A DNA stretch of 64,000 nt, from the NCBI RefSeq assembly GCF_006345805.1, contig NC_042997.1, forward strand, positions 32,550,001 through 32,614,000, read 5' to 3'. This document shows positions 49,367 to 58,750 of the stretch, one piece after another. This stretch comes from Octopus sinensis (lineage: Eukaryota). Numbering within the stretch: position 1 is the stretch's first letter; each line of letters opens with the position of its first letter. The translations under genes were made by a program, and so were the position numbers. Under the pieces are notes generated by a model. It ran no database searches. It was not told the DNA's origin and was given only the letters and a program-made list of their open reading frames with translations.

Positions 49367-49673
49367 TAAGTTAATTATTTGACTCAAAAAGCAAAAAGCA
49401 AGGCCATGTAGGGGGACATGGAATTATGTACAGGGTGGTGGTGTTCATGCAATGAGTTCAGGCCATTTCTGGTCAAGAGAGACTTTGAACCGAGCGGTCG
49501 TCGGCATCTTCACTATCTCGTACATGATAGTTAATAAAATAAGCTAATAAATAAGCTTTTGCACCTAGAAAACATAAGTATTCGAACCGTCCCTGATGAG
49601 TGATGATAAATTACTTGAGATATTCTTTCTTACCTTTCATCGGTCCTCCTATAAGAATGACAGCTTTGATCAT
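7589..49673 (-). CDS. GMPPA: Mannose-1-phosphate guanyltransferase alpha (GDP-mannose pyrophosphorylase A), complete 11-exon CDS, 421 aa
   Basis: Manual splicing of 49634-49673, 43805-43902, 32037-32140, 30939-31131, 28798-28857, 26308-26438, 17011-17139, 14271-14415, 12928-13020, 10895-11066, 7589-7689 gives 1266 nt, all GT-AG with matching phases. N-terminus [21 protein letters not shown] carries the GMPPA-type 2-aa insertion in the GGxGTR motif; C-terminus has a left-handed beta-helix region and ends NQIIL*. Confidence 0.96.
8074..8287. mobile_element. piggyBac-type MITE (same family, diverged)
   Basis: TTAA flanks; homologous to 42958-43177. Confidence 0.7.
8383..8665 (+). mobile_element. 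tRNA-derived SINE family C
   Basis: tRNA-like head caatggcccagtggttagggcagcggactcgc...gattccc followed by a body shared with 11247. Confidence 0.7.
9722..9935 (-). mobile_element. SINE family B variant
   Basis: Same head and body, different tail. Confidence 0.75.
10895..11066 (-). CDS. GMPPA: GMPPA coding exon 10 ([37 protein letters not shown]...NPSITVI-G)
   Basis: Acceptor caacag|, donor |gtaaat; 172 nt; read by hand. Confidence 0.95.
11247..11530 (+). mobile_element. tRNA-derived SINE family C
   Basis: Head and aacacctaaaagctcca body shared with 8383; 3' part differs. Confidence 0.7.
11671..11893. mobile_element. piggyBac-type MITE (same family, diverged)
   Basis: TTAA flanks; ends gaatgctaaaggg|ttaa. 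Confidence 0.7.
12275..12480 (-). mobile_element. RTE-LINE 3' end next to a (TA)n tract
   Basis: Same terminus and (cat)n tail. Confidence 0.8.
12928..13020 (-). CDS. GMPPA: GMPPA coding exon 9 ([31 protein letters not shown])
   Basis: Acceptor cgctag|, donor |gtaagt; 93 nt; hexapeptide repeats. Confidence 0.95.
13735..13995 (-). mobile_element. RTE-LINE 3' end, two modules
   Basis: Same terminus and tail. Confidence 0.82.
14271..14415 (-). CDS. GMPPA: GMPPA coding exon 8 ([10 protein letters not shown]...[18 protein letters not shown])
   Basis: Acceptor ttttctag|, donor |gtaagt; 145 nt. Confidence 0.95.
16491..16701 (-). mobile_element. SINE family B with TSD (ttgtaa[c/t]caattt)
   Basis: Same consensus. 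Confidence 0.82.
17011..17139 (-). CDS. GMPPA: GMPPA coding exon 7 ([18 protein letters not shown]...FWSQIKSA-G)
   Basis: Acceptor ttctag| with CTAAC branch motif 19 nt upstream, donor |gtatgt; 129 nt; IRLEQD and WSQIKSAG motifs. Confidence 0.9.
17762..18140 (+). mobile_element. SINE family A, full length
   Basis: Near-identical to 42226 and 57270. Confidence 0.88.
18765..18995 (-). mobile_element. CR1-like LINE 3' fragment (same family as 31310)
   Basis: Near-identical reverse complement of 31675-31900. Confidence 0.85.
21480..21805 (-). mobile_element. RTE-LINE 3' end, three modules
   Basis: Same terminus and tail as 51470. Confidence 0.85.
22597..22930 (-). mobile_element. Probable non-autonomous Helitron (second family)
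   Basis: A|TCTCTTATATAAAATCCGTTCTGTCTGTGTG 5' end; cacc-tcca/tgga-ggtg hairpin; ends CTCG|T (not canonical CTAG). Confidence 0.5.
23955..24678 (+). mobile_element. mariner (DD34D) transposase remnant, 5'-truncated, with 3' TIR and TA
   Basis: [37 protein letters not shown]; one extra G near 24515 shifts the frame before [17 protein letters not shown]; TIR gcattacttattgaacgcccctca|TA. Confidence 0.93.
25277..25699 (+). mobile_element. SINE family A, full length
   Basis: Same consensus. Confidence 0.88.
26308..26438 (-). CDS. GMPPA: GMPPA coding exon 6 ([28 protein letters not shown]...DSY-K)
   Basis: Acceptor ttgtag|, donor |gtatgt; 131 nt; conserved HYVEKP and INCGIY motifs. Confidence 0.94.
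26760..27158 (-). mobile_element. SINE family A, full length, inverted relative to 25277
   Basis: Same consensus on the reverse strand, about 1.1 kb away across GMPPA exon 6. Confidence 0.88.
28372..28584 (-). mobile_element. SINE family B with TSD (atcaaactata)
   Basis: Same consensus. Confidence 0.82.
28798..28857 (-). CDS. GMPPA: GMPPA coding exon 5 ([20 protein letters not shown])
   Basis: Acceptor tttcag|, donor |gttggt; 60 nt. Confidence 0.9.
29109..29515. mobile_element. Nested SINE B pair: minus copy 29183-29414 inside an older plus copy
   Basis: TSD tttacgttct / tttgcgttct. Confidence 0.82.
29540..29880 (-). mobile_element. CR1/L2-group LINE C-terminal fragment (second family)
   Basis: Hand translation [27 protein letters not shown]...[16 protein letters not shown]. 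Confidence 0.65.
30939..31131 (-). CDS. GMPPA: GMPPA coding exon 4 ([20 protein letters not shown]...[10 protein letters not shown]...LGTE)
   Basis: Acceptor cctttag|, donor |gtgagt; 193 nt. Confidence 0.95.
31310..31925 (+). mobile_element. CR1-like LINE 3' fragment in GMPPA intron 3
   Basis: [46 protein letters not shown]; tail gtgcacctgagcactgtacacaat(tta)n. Confidence 0.88.
32037..32140 (-). CDS. GMPPA: GMPPA coding exon 3 ([35 protein letters not shown])
   Basis: Acceptor cctttag|, donor |gtata; 104 nt; absent from the ORF track, read by hand. Confidence 0.93.
32555..33750 (-). mobile_element. RTE-LINE 5'-truncated copy (C-terminal 124 aa plus 3' UTR with three ~159-bp tandem units)
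   Basis: ORF 33373-33747 ([17 protein letters not shown]); (cat)n tail at 32552-32570. Confidence 0.9.
33769..34129 (+). mobile_element. CR1-like LINE 3' fragment with 13-bp TSD
   Basis: ttattcttatata flanks at 33756-33768 and 34130-34142; homologous to 31660-31900. Confidence 0.78.
34150..34502 (-). mobile_element. Helitron of the same family, 3'-truncated, with an internal ~70-bp duplication
   Basis: Reverse complement of 54901-55130; 5' A|TC at 34502. Confidence 0.72.
36508..37162 (-). mobile_element. SINE family A split by an RTE 3' end
   Basis: Halves match 26760-27158. Confidence 0.85.
36720..36975 (+). mobile_element. RTE-LINE 3' end inserted in the central microsatellite of a SINE
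   Basis: Splits SINE halves 36508-36719 and 36976-37162. Confidence 0.85.
37540..38240 (+). mobile_element. RTE-type 3' UTR (second subfamily) tandemly duplicated around a foreign insert
   Basis: ~240-bp direct repeat (37627-37868 and 37953-38190); aaatgatgatgac tail. Confidence 0.8.
39250..40170 (-). mobile_element. RTE-LINE 5'-truncated, frameshifted copy
   Basis: ORF pieces 39827-40099 and 39751-39942 ([24 protein letters not shown]); tail at 39250. Confidence 0.88.
40285..41935 (-). repeat. Expanded RTE 3'-end array: five ~62-bp units, three ~320-bp higher-order units, three ~61-bp units
   Basis: Tandem units read directly at 40448-40759, 40855-41795 and 41754-41935; ends in the conserved RTE terminus and (cat)n. 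Confidence 0.9.
41982..42213 (-). mobile_element. SINE family B with TSD (attgttacatata)
   Basis: Same consensus. Confidence 0.85.
42226..42644 (+). mobile_element. SINE family A, full length
   Basis: Same consensus. Confidence 0.88.
42958..43177. mobile_element. piggyBac-type MITE
   Basis: TTAA|CCCTTTAGCATT...CACTAAAGGG|TTAA. Confidence 0.82.
43306..43570. repeat. Fold-back repeat (~70-bp arms) with hammerhead-like apical region; second copy at 47503-47722
   Basis: caattgcag...ttcaacatt and aatgttgaa...ctgcaattg arms, followed by a shared 3' tail; flanked by (TA)n. Confidence 0.75.
43805..43902 (-). CDS. GMPPA: GMPPA coding exon 2 ([32 protein letters not shown])
   Basis: Acceptor ttatcag|, donor |gttagt; 98 nt. 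Confidence 0.95.
44393..44829. mobile_element. Nested SINE B pair: plus copy 44490-44689 inside a minus copy
   Basis: 13-bp TSD ggtacttatttaa at 44477-44489 and 44690-44702. Confidence 0.88.
45832..46032. mobile_element. hAT-type MITE with 8-bp TSD
   Basis: CAGTG...CACTG termini; GTCTATAC at 45824-45831 and 46033-46040. Confidence 0.85.
46506..46864. repeat. 146-bp inverted repeat with 67-bp spacer
   Basis: Arms 46506-46651 and 46719-46864, three mismatches by eye. Confidence 0.92.
46614..46667 (-). ncRNA. Minimal type I hammerhead ribozyme (Penelope-like-element type)
   Basis: Minus strand reads AACCAC-CUGAAGA-AUGUC(13-nt loop)GACAU-GAAA-C(GAUC)G-UA-GUGGUU: 6-bp stem I, intact CUGANGA/GAAA core, 5-bp stem II, palindromic minimal stem III (ACGAUCGU), GUA cleavage triplet. 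Confidence 0.8.
48955..49493. repeat. Three copies of a ~130-bp unit interleaved with (TA)n/(GT)n
   Basis: Copies start gttaagttaatta at 48955, 49183 and 49365. Confidence 0.88.
49634..49673 (-). CDS. GMPPA: GMPPA coding exon 1 ([14 protein letters not shown])
   Basis: caaaaATG start; donor G|gtaag; 40 nt, phase 1. Confidence 0.93.
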
Positions 49674-51469
49674 TTTTGGTCCAAGACGTTACGAAAGTCC
49701 TTTATATTATAATTATAAAAATATCATACAACATACAAGGCTGGAACCAGCACTGAACTTTATGTAGACTGTCTAATTAATCTTACAAGTGGATACTACG
49801 TGGTTGCAAGCTGACTTCTCTACAAGTTTATCCACGTTGTCAACACAGGAATGTGCCGTAAATTGTTTCGACTGTCGTTAGACTATGCTCCTGTTGCTAA
49901 GAACATTAATTTAACAAAGAATCTCATTATTCTTTCTTTCTCTCTTTTCCTTTTCTTTCTCTCTCACCTTTTTGTTTCTTATTTTTGTGTTTATTTCGCT
50001 TATTTTTCTTTTATTTATTTTTATCTGATTTTTACTTCTTCCGTAATTATTTCAACTCTACTTTCAATTTCTGTTTTCTTTCCTTTTTTATTATTTCTCT
50101 CTCTCTCTCTCAATCAATATTAATTGGGTACTAGTACCTATTAATTGTCGGTTATGAGCAGTTTTGACCTTGTTTCTTATTTTGAAAATAGTAAAATAGA
50201 TTTTTTTTTTTTTTTTTTCCAAGTAGGAAATTTTGAAAGAAAGCAGAGATTGAAGAAAATCTCTAAAGATTTTCTAAGGCATATTATTGATGTGGTGGCT
50301 GCGACTGTAAGGTTCGCTGGAAATTATGGAGCAAATGATTTTGCGATGAGCATGGTGCTGGTGATGATGATAATGATGATGATGATGATGATGAAAAGAG
50401 GTGGAGGAGGAGGATGGTGATGATGATGATGATGTTGATGACGAGGAGGAGGATTTTTAGTCGATTTCATAGTATAAAAAGTGGTTGATTGAATGAAATA
50501 AGATAAAGGTTTAAAATAGTAGGTATTTTAGAAGACAAAGTGGCTTCATTATTTAATTTCAATAAATTCACTAACAAGAAAACTATAGAGAACAAATATT
50601 CTAGTGTAAATGCAGAGCCCTTTTTTTAACAAACTTAGTAGTAGTGACTGTTATAATTACCAAGGAAAATCTGTACACGACATTATTAGGAAAGCAGGCA
50701 TTTCTACAAATAATTCTGATCCGACTGCAAATTCTGACTGCCTACAACTGGGATATCAGAACAAACTCATATGACATCAGCTCACCTAGAGGTATGGTGA
50801 TTTAGGCAGGGCCTTTCACATGCTATTTTATTTATTACACTTCCTTCAGAACGTTAAGAAGAAATATAACATTCCAAAGTAACATACGTAAAAATAAAGC
50901 ATATACACACAGACCCATATGCTCTAAAGATGATGAGTGAAAGCAGAAGCAATGCCTTTTACTCTGGCATACCTAAAAGAAAAGAAACAGAACAAATACT
51001 AGTTCAGAAATTGTTATATACCAACCTATTGCACCAACCCATAAGGCAACTGATCCTGTGTAACCCCAGTTACCCTCAAGTAATACATACCAGAGTTCAT
51101 GCATATTGTCTTCAAACTGAGAAATCAGTATGTCCAAAATTCTACAGAGCAACTTCTCTGACCTTACAGAATTCCAATCTACAGAAACAGTAAGCCCAAA
51201 CTTCTAAAGACAGCTTCTCTGAACCTACTAACTAATGCCTTCATTTCCAACATCTTAAAAGATCATGGAAACAGTAATGAACAATCACCTCTTTCAATAT
51301 TTCTAAAGATACTTTTTCCTCAGTTATCACTAGTATGATTTTCAACTAAATCTGTCGCCTGTTAGTATGACATCCTCTCTATACCTTAAAAAATTTCACC
51401 CTTTGATCTTATCTGGTATATATCTGTAGCATACACTCAAGTGAAATTCCTCTCCTCTCTATTATATAT

Positions 51470-53830
51470 CATCATCATCATCATCATTTAGCGTCCGCTT
51501 TCCATGCTAGCATGGGTTGGACGGTTCAACTGGGGTCTGTGAAGCTGGAAGGCTTCGTCAGGCCCAGTCAGATCTGGCAGTGTTTCTACGGCTGGATGCC
51601 CTTCCTAACGCCAACCACTCCGCGAGTGTAGTGGGTGTTTTTTACGTGCCACCTGCACAGGTGCCAGACAGAGCTGGCAAACGGCCACGAACGGACGGTG
51701 CTTTTACGTGTCACCGGCACGGGGCCAGGCGAGGCTGGCAACGAACACGAAGGGATGGTGCTTTTACGTGCCATCGACACGGGGGCCAGACAGAGCTGGC
51801 AAACGGCCACGAGCGAATGGTGCTTTTACGTATCACCAACACGGGTGCCAGACGAGGCTGGCAGCGGACACGAACGGATGGGTCACTTAACCCCTGCTTT
51901 CTGATATATGATTTGATTTTGATTGTTCTCACTGGTCTTGCCGGGTCTTCTGATGCACAGCATACTTCCATAGGTCTCAGTCTCTGGTCATTTCCTTGGT
52001 GAGACCTAGAGTTCGAAGGCCGTGCTTCACCACCTCGACCCAGGTTTTCCTGGGTCTACCTCTTCCACAGGTCCCCTCAACTGCCAGGGTGTGGCACTTT
52101 TTCACACACCTATCTTCATCCATTCTCGCCACATGACCATACCAGCGCAATCGTCTCTCTTGCACACAACATCTGATGCCTCTTAGGTCCAACTTTTCTC
52201 TCAAGGTACTTACACTCTGTCGACTATGAACACTGACATTACACATCCAACGGAGCATACTAGCTTCATTTCTTGCGAGCTTACGTAAATCCTCAGCAGT
52301 CACAGCCCAAGTTTCACTACCATGTAGCATGGCTGTACATACACATGCATCATACAGTCTGCCTTTTACTTTGAGCGAGAGGCCTTTTGTCACCAGCAGG
52401 GGTAAGAGCTCTCTAAACTTTGCCCAGGCTATTCTTACTCTAGCAGTTACACTTTCAGCACAATCGCCCCCGCTACTGACTTGGTCACCTAGGTAGCGGA
52501 AGCTATCAACTACTTCTAGTTTTTCTCCCTGAAACGTGATAGAACTTGGTCTCTGCATATTTTCAGAGTTTATTGCTCCTGAGCATCTGCCACAGATAAA
52601 AACTATTTTCCTAGTTAGTCTTCCTTTGACATTACTACATCTCTTATGTGTCCATAGCTTACATTTGGTGCATCTTATAGAGTTTCTACCTACGCCTTTT
52701 CTACAGATCAAGCAAGGTCATCTACCTGAAGGCGTTTGTGATTGGTCTACCTTCCTACTTATTAGGACTTTGGTTTTGGCTAGGTTGATTCTAAGGCCCT
52801 TCGATTCTAAACCTTGCTTCCACACCTGAAACTTCTCCTCCAGTTCTGATAGAGACTCAGTAATTAGAGCAAGGTCATCAGCATAGAGGAGCTCCCAGGG
52901 GCATCCAGTCTTGAATTCCTCCGTTATTGCCTGGAGGACTATGATAAATAGGAGGGGGCTGAGGACTGAACCTTGGTGGACCCCAACCTCTACCCTGAAT
53001 TTATCACTGTACTCGGTGCCAACCCTCACCTTACTAGCAGCGTCTCTGTACATGGCTTGTACAGCTCTCACTAACCATTCATCTATCCCTAGTTTCCTCA
53101 TTGACCACCAGATAAGGGATCGGGGGACCCTGTCGAAGGCTTTCTCCATATCGACAAAAGCCAGGTATAGGGGCTTGTCTTTGGCTAGGTATCTCTCCTG
53201 CATCTGTCTTACCAGGAAAATAGCATCAGTAGTACTTTTCCCTGGCACGAACCCAAACTGCATCTCATCTAAGCTAACTCTCTCTCTAATTTGTTGGGCT
53301 ATAACCCTCTCCGTAACCTTCATTACCTGATCTAGCAGCTTGATACCCCTGTAGTTATTTGTATCTAGGGCGTCACCTTTACCTTTGTAGCAGTTGACTA
53401 TTATGCTGCTACACCAGTTATTGGGAATGACTCCTTCGTGTATCACCTGGTTAACTATATGGGTGACTAGGCTATAGCCAGCACTACCAGATATTTTGAG
53501 CATCTCTGCAGTAATTCCTGATGGGCCTGGGGCTTTCCCTGTTTTCATGCTTGTAATTGCCTTATCTACTAAGGAACTGTCAACTCGGATTGCTGGTCCC
53601 TCTGTTGGGTCAACATTCGGCAGACTCTCTTTATCCCATTCATTTTCCTCATTCAGCAACCTTTCATAGTGGCGTCTCCAAACCTCTCTCTTTGCATCCT
53701 CATTTAGCGCAAGTGAGCCGTCATCCTTGCAAACACATTTCTCTCCTACCACGTCACGATTCTTTCTCACACACTGTCTTGCAACACAAAATACCTCAAG
53801 TCTTTCATCTTCACGGCGCAGGACATTGGC
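51470..53830 (-). mobile_element. RTE-clade non-LTR retrotransposon, 5'-truncated: RT domain, PHD-like finger, C-terminus, modular 3' UTR, (GAT)n tail
   Basis: ORFs 52718-53770 and 51977-52711 are in one frame separated by a single TGA (probably TGG); RT motifs FVDMEKAFDRVP, GVHQGSVLSP, YADD; C-terminal RLRWYGHV and GRGRPRKTW; second stop (CGA>TGA) at 51977. Confidence 0.95.
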
Positions 53831-54215
53831 AAATTTTTTCTATATATATATATCGACTGTGTGATGTACTAAGGAGCCATTCTCGTCACCTCGCTTCGCA
53901 CGGAACAGCTAGCCTTTGGCTGCATTTTGGACCCTGTTGTGTCCACTACTCTGCTCGGTTGGTATTGGCGTAATTTGTCTCTTACTCTATCGCACCAATA
54001 CATAGCATATAACCAACCAAAGCCCCTGAATAAGGTCACGTGTGACAACCTGTTCTCAACCCAGTTTTGAGCCTACAACTCCTTATAAAAACTCAGCTTC
54101 TCTTATCAACTCATCTCGATGTCTTTCGGTTCCAGACCTCTTAAGGTCTAACCATTGACCACACAAGACACAGCCAGTTCTAGCAACAACACAACAGCAG
54201 CCATGTGAAGACTCA

Positions 54216-54417
54216 CCAACTCTGGCTCTGTAGTGCAAATGTCTTGTTTTCATAAGTTTTAAATTAAAATTTTCCACCAAACCTTAGTCACAATTTATGT
54301 TCCTAACACTAGCTTAATGATGACTAAGTTATTTTACTAAATTCTTTGTTATATTTAAAATTAATTGAAAGAAACACAGAGCATCTCAACAGAAATACGG
54401 TAACGAAAGGGTTAAAC
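54216..54417. mobile_element. Probable piggyBac-type MITE, one end only (second family)
   Basis: Ends acgaaaggg|ttaa; other terminus not recognisable. Confidence 0.4.
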
Positions 54418-54900
54418 AACCACCTCCTCCAACATTTGTAAGATGCTTTTTCCTCGGTTACCACTAGTGTGATTTTCAGCCAAATCTATGTTGCCCATTA
54501 ATATGACGCCCTCCCCACATCTTCACAAATTCCGCTCTTTGATACTGTCTGATATATAACATTCTTAAGTTTCCTGCCTACTGGCCCTATCCTATCTTGT
54601 GGATGAGGAATTTTGTCAGAATTCAAATGTAGTACTTTAACCCCCTTAAAGAATCTAAAATTGAAGTCATTTCATTGGAAGAATATTAGAAGTGAACATT
54701 AAATAGAAGTGATTCCTCAATGGCATAGATCGAGTGTATGCCATCCAAAGTAGCCCTTCAGTTTCCTGCCCCCACCCCCTCCAGGCCCTCAAGCCTATAC
54801 AGGCTTATATAGTAAACCCCCAAAATGTCCCCCATAAAAGTGTCACTCTGGGCAGACTGTGCCATCCTCATCCCTCTCCTAGATGTGCTATTGTGATTTA

Positions 54901-55192
54901 TCTTTATATATAAAAGTGAGCTTGTGTGCTGTCTGTCTCCTACGATTTAGATTCCTAACTACTCCCACATTTTGCGGTGCAGTGTAACCAAAAGCAGCTA
55001 TCTTATAGTCGTGATTCATATCGAGCCCTTCTGGGTATTAGCGCACGTCTATGATTTAAAAAAAAATTTACCATCATTTTTTTCCCATTTTTAATGCATT
55101 TTTTTGCTACTATATAAAGGAAGTAACTCTCTAAAAATGCTTATATAGTTATTTCCCTTACAAACCCGAGCAACGCCGGGCGATACTGCTAG
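54901..55192 (+). mobile_element. Non-autonomous Helitron
   Basis: A|TCTTTATATATAAAAG 5' end; subterminal hairpin cccg-agcaacgc-cggg; CTAG|T 3' end; no TSD. Confidence 0.82.
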
Positions 55193-55595
55193 TTCATAAT
55201 AAGAAAAAAATCTACAAAAGATAATTTTTTTCATTTTTCTTTTAATACATAATATAAAAAAGAAGATTAACAAACACAATGTGATATTAACTGTAGAGTG
55301 AAAGTTCAGTCTTTTAACTGGTATGCATTTAGTGTTGAACATTTAGCAACGTGGATATTCTTTGAATATATAGAGCAACACGATTCCTAATGAATACCAC
55401 TAAAGAAAGAGAAATAAGTAAATACTTTTGTAGCAAGGTTCTGGTAATCATTAATCAACACAGCAATACTAGATAATGTATGTTTTTGTTTCCAATGTTT
55501 CATTATATTTCCAGGGATATAACACTTCAAATAAAAAATATTAGTTGTTTTAGTTTTTATGAGGCAAGGCGGGCATTAATACAAGCTCATTTAAT

Positions 55596-56213
55596 TTAAA
55601 CCTGCAGCAACAGAGCTACTCCACCAAGAACCCACTTGCTCGATTTCTCTTTTGATTTCAAATTAAATGTCCATACAAATGTCGGGCCTCGCTGTTTGGT
55701 CTTATAGACAGGACACTGATAAACAGTTTTAGTATCCTGTCGGTCAACTGGGATGGCTTTAATGAATATCACAGGCATTACTGGAGTGAGATCTTTTAGC
55801 CGTGACTCGGCAATCATCCCACTCTGCATGTCCCACCGAGCACCTTCCATAAAGAGCCCATGAATGTAAGCTCCTTCTCGAGGTGGTCCTGCCATGTCGT
55901 CTCGCATTTTCTTGGTCACATCACACTGAAGACACATCTTGTCTAGTGGCCATTCACTTTTACGTGCCATTTGCTGCATGATAGCTGTAAGAAAGGACTG
56001 TGGGTTAAAGAAGCCAGCCAGCCAAACAGCTGCTGGTAGCTGAAAGTCTGTTACCCAACTCTCTAGTTCCTTCACACGTTGCAAAAGATCTGCATACCAT
56101 GTGGTGAGGTTGTACAGAGAAGGGTATGCCCTTTTTGCCCAGTTGCCTGGCACTTGATCCATAAAAAGAGAGTTGCTTAGTTCTTCCATGTCTGAGGTGA
56201 TTGTCAATTCACC
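55596..56213 (-). CDS. DNAH9/17: Dynein heavy chain terminal exon ([10 protein letters not shown]...VALLLQV*), 206 codons
   Basis: Acceptor ttttcag|, TAA at 55596-55598. Confidence 0.95.
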   Translation of the reverse strand, partial: GELTITSDMEELSNSLFMDQVPGNWAKRAYPSLYNLTTWYADLLQRVKELESWVTDFQLPAAVWLAGFFNPQSFLTAIMQQMARKSEWPLDKMCLQCDVTKKMRDDMAGPPREGAYIHGLFMEGARWDMQSGMIAESRLKDLTPVMPVIFIKAIPVDRQDTKTVYQCPVYKTKQRGPTFVWTFNLKSKEKSSKWVLGGVALLLQV

Positions 56214-57440
56214 CTGAAAAAGAAACAAGGTAAGTGGTGAACAAATTAATGAACAAATTAAATTTTTATCCTAAGTTATGTAATTAATTTATAAGGAGCA
56301 AAATCAAAATCATTTCGATGACTGGCATCCGTGCTAGCGGGGTGTAAAGAGCACCATACGAGTGTGATCGTTGACAGAGCGGCTATTCGAGTATGATCGT
56401 TACCAGCGTCGCCTTACTGGCACTTATGCCTGTGCTAGTAGGGTGCCAAGAACACCATCCGAGCGTGATCATTGTGATCGTTGCCAGAGCAGCCAACTGG
56501 CTTCCGTACCCATGGCACGTAAAAGGGCACCATTTGAGCGTGATCGTTACCCATGTCGCTTCACTGGCACCTGTGTTGGTAGCACGTGTAAAAAGATTCA
56601 AGCGAGGTCATTGCCAGTACTGCCTGACTGGCCCCAGTGATGGTGGCACGTAAAAAGCACCCACTACACTCTTGGAGTGGTTGGCGTTAGGAAGGGCATC
56701 CAGCTGTAGAAACTCTGCCAGATCAAGACTGGTGCCTAGTACAGCCATCTGGTTGCCAGCCCTCAGTCAAAACCATCTGGAAACCAGACGTTAAACGATG
56801 ATGATGATGATGATGATGATTAACTGTATGCATGGTGTGTTTTAAAAAATATTAACAATGATTTTACCTTTAAACCTAAATCAAGTTCTTTTAGGGTCCT
56901 TCTAATTTCCGATGTTAACAAGTTCATTCGTTCGCATTCTTGGAATGCTACGACTACATAGGGAGTTCTTTCTTCTAAGGGAACTTTAGCCATTATTTCT
57001 GCCATGATAAATTCTTCTGGTAATTTTTCAATAATTTCATCCAAAATTGACTTTACCTACATAAAGATAAACAGGAAGATATTAAGATCTTTTTAAAAAA
57101 ATATCACCTGGCAACAGAGTGTTGTCTATACTTTGGTATGTATTTGTGTGTGTGCATGCATGCATGTATGCATGTGTGTGCATGTGTGCAGTTATACATT
57201 TAAATATACTTAGAACAACACAATCTACACATGTAAATATCGAAATAAATAATTAATTATATATATATAGGCACAGGAGTGGCTGTGTGGTAAGTAGCTT
57301 GCTAACCAACCACATGGTTCCGGGTTCAGTCCCACTGCGTGACATCTTGGGCAAGTGTCTTCTGCTATAGCCCCGGGCCGACCAATGCCTTGTGAGTGGA
57401 TTTGGTAGACGGAAACTGAAAGAAGCCTGTCGTATATATG

Positions 57441-57473
<33 letters not shown>

Positions 57474-58750
57474 TTGTGTGTCTATCCCCCAACATCGCTT
57501 GACAACCGATGCTGGTGTGTTTATGTCCCCGTCACTTAGCGGTTCGGCAAAAGAGACCGATAGAATAAGTACTAGGCTTACAAAGAATAAGTCGTGGAGT
57601 CGATTTGCTCGACTAAAGGCGGTGCTCCAGTATGGCCGCAGTAAAATGACTGAAGCAAATAAAAGAGTAAAAGAGATATCTATTCTTAATACATCTAGTA
57701 TAATTTGAGGTTTCTAAAACCATATGAAGGTGCATAGCCAAGCAGTTAAGGGGTGTTGCACATACAATTGCAAGATTGTGGTTTTAGCTCCCCAAACCAC
57801 GTCACTTTAATCCACTCAGCTGTAAATGAGTAACCCTGTGATGGATTATCATCCTGTTCAGGGGGAATGTTGCAATCTTGGTCACTTATGCACCATCGGA
57901 ACTGGGTAACCAGCTCAGTGAACCCTAGGACTCAAGACTGTACTTTATTTTATTTTTTAAAACATTGAATTATATTTTTAAAACTCTGAAGTGCATCTAA
58001 ATAGGTGCCTGAGGTGGCATAACCATTTTAGAACCATTTTTCTCTCTCTTCTATCAATCAATAACGGAGCTTCTATGGGATCACTTGTCTTGCTAGAAAT
58101 AACAGCTAAATCTCTTTCAAACTACACCCTACTATTTTAAAAGTGGGAGGACACATACGATGTAGTCCAAGATAGACTGTGAATGAAAACAAAGATGAAG
58201 GTCATAGCTGGAATGTCTCCAATCCTAAATCAACTTGATTAGGACTTCCTTTCAGTTAAACAAATTACTGCCACATGAAGGACACTTTTCATGGATATAC
58301 ATATCGTTTTATTTTACATGTGCTTGCATCCAGGCACATACAAACACATTCAGACATACACACAGACATATATATATGTGTGCATGCAGCATTTATGCAC
58401 TCACACACACACACACACACACAGTCACACACATGCACACACACACACACACGCACACACACACACACACACACATGCACACACACACACACATGCACAC
58501 ACACACATACACACACACAACACACACACACACATGCACACACACACATACACACACACGCACACACACACATGCACACACACATGCACACACACACACA
58601 CACACACATGCACACACACATACACACACACACGCACACACACACATGCACACACACACACACATACACACACACGCACACACACACGCACGCACACACA
58701 CACACATGCACACACACACACATACACACACACACACACATACACACACA

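Noticed and set aside
49593-49625. CTGATGA followed by a short stem near the exon 1 donor (hammerhead or C-box candidate)
   Set aside because: No GAAA after the stem, no stem I or III, antisense to the host gene, and no D-box with terminal stem.
50145-50460. ORF with poly-Met/poly-Gly tract
   Set aside because: (GAT)n/(GGA)n microsatellite translation; the same applies to 60247-60582.
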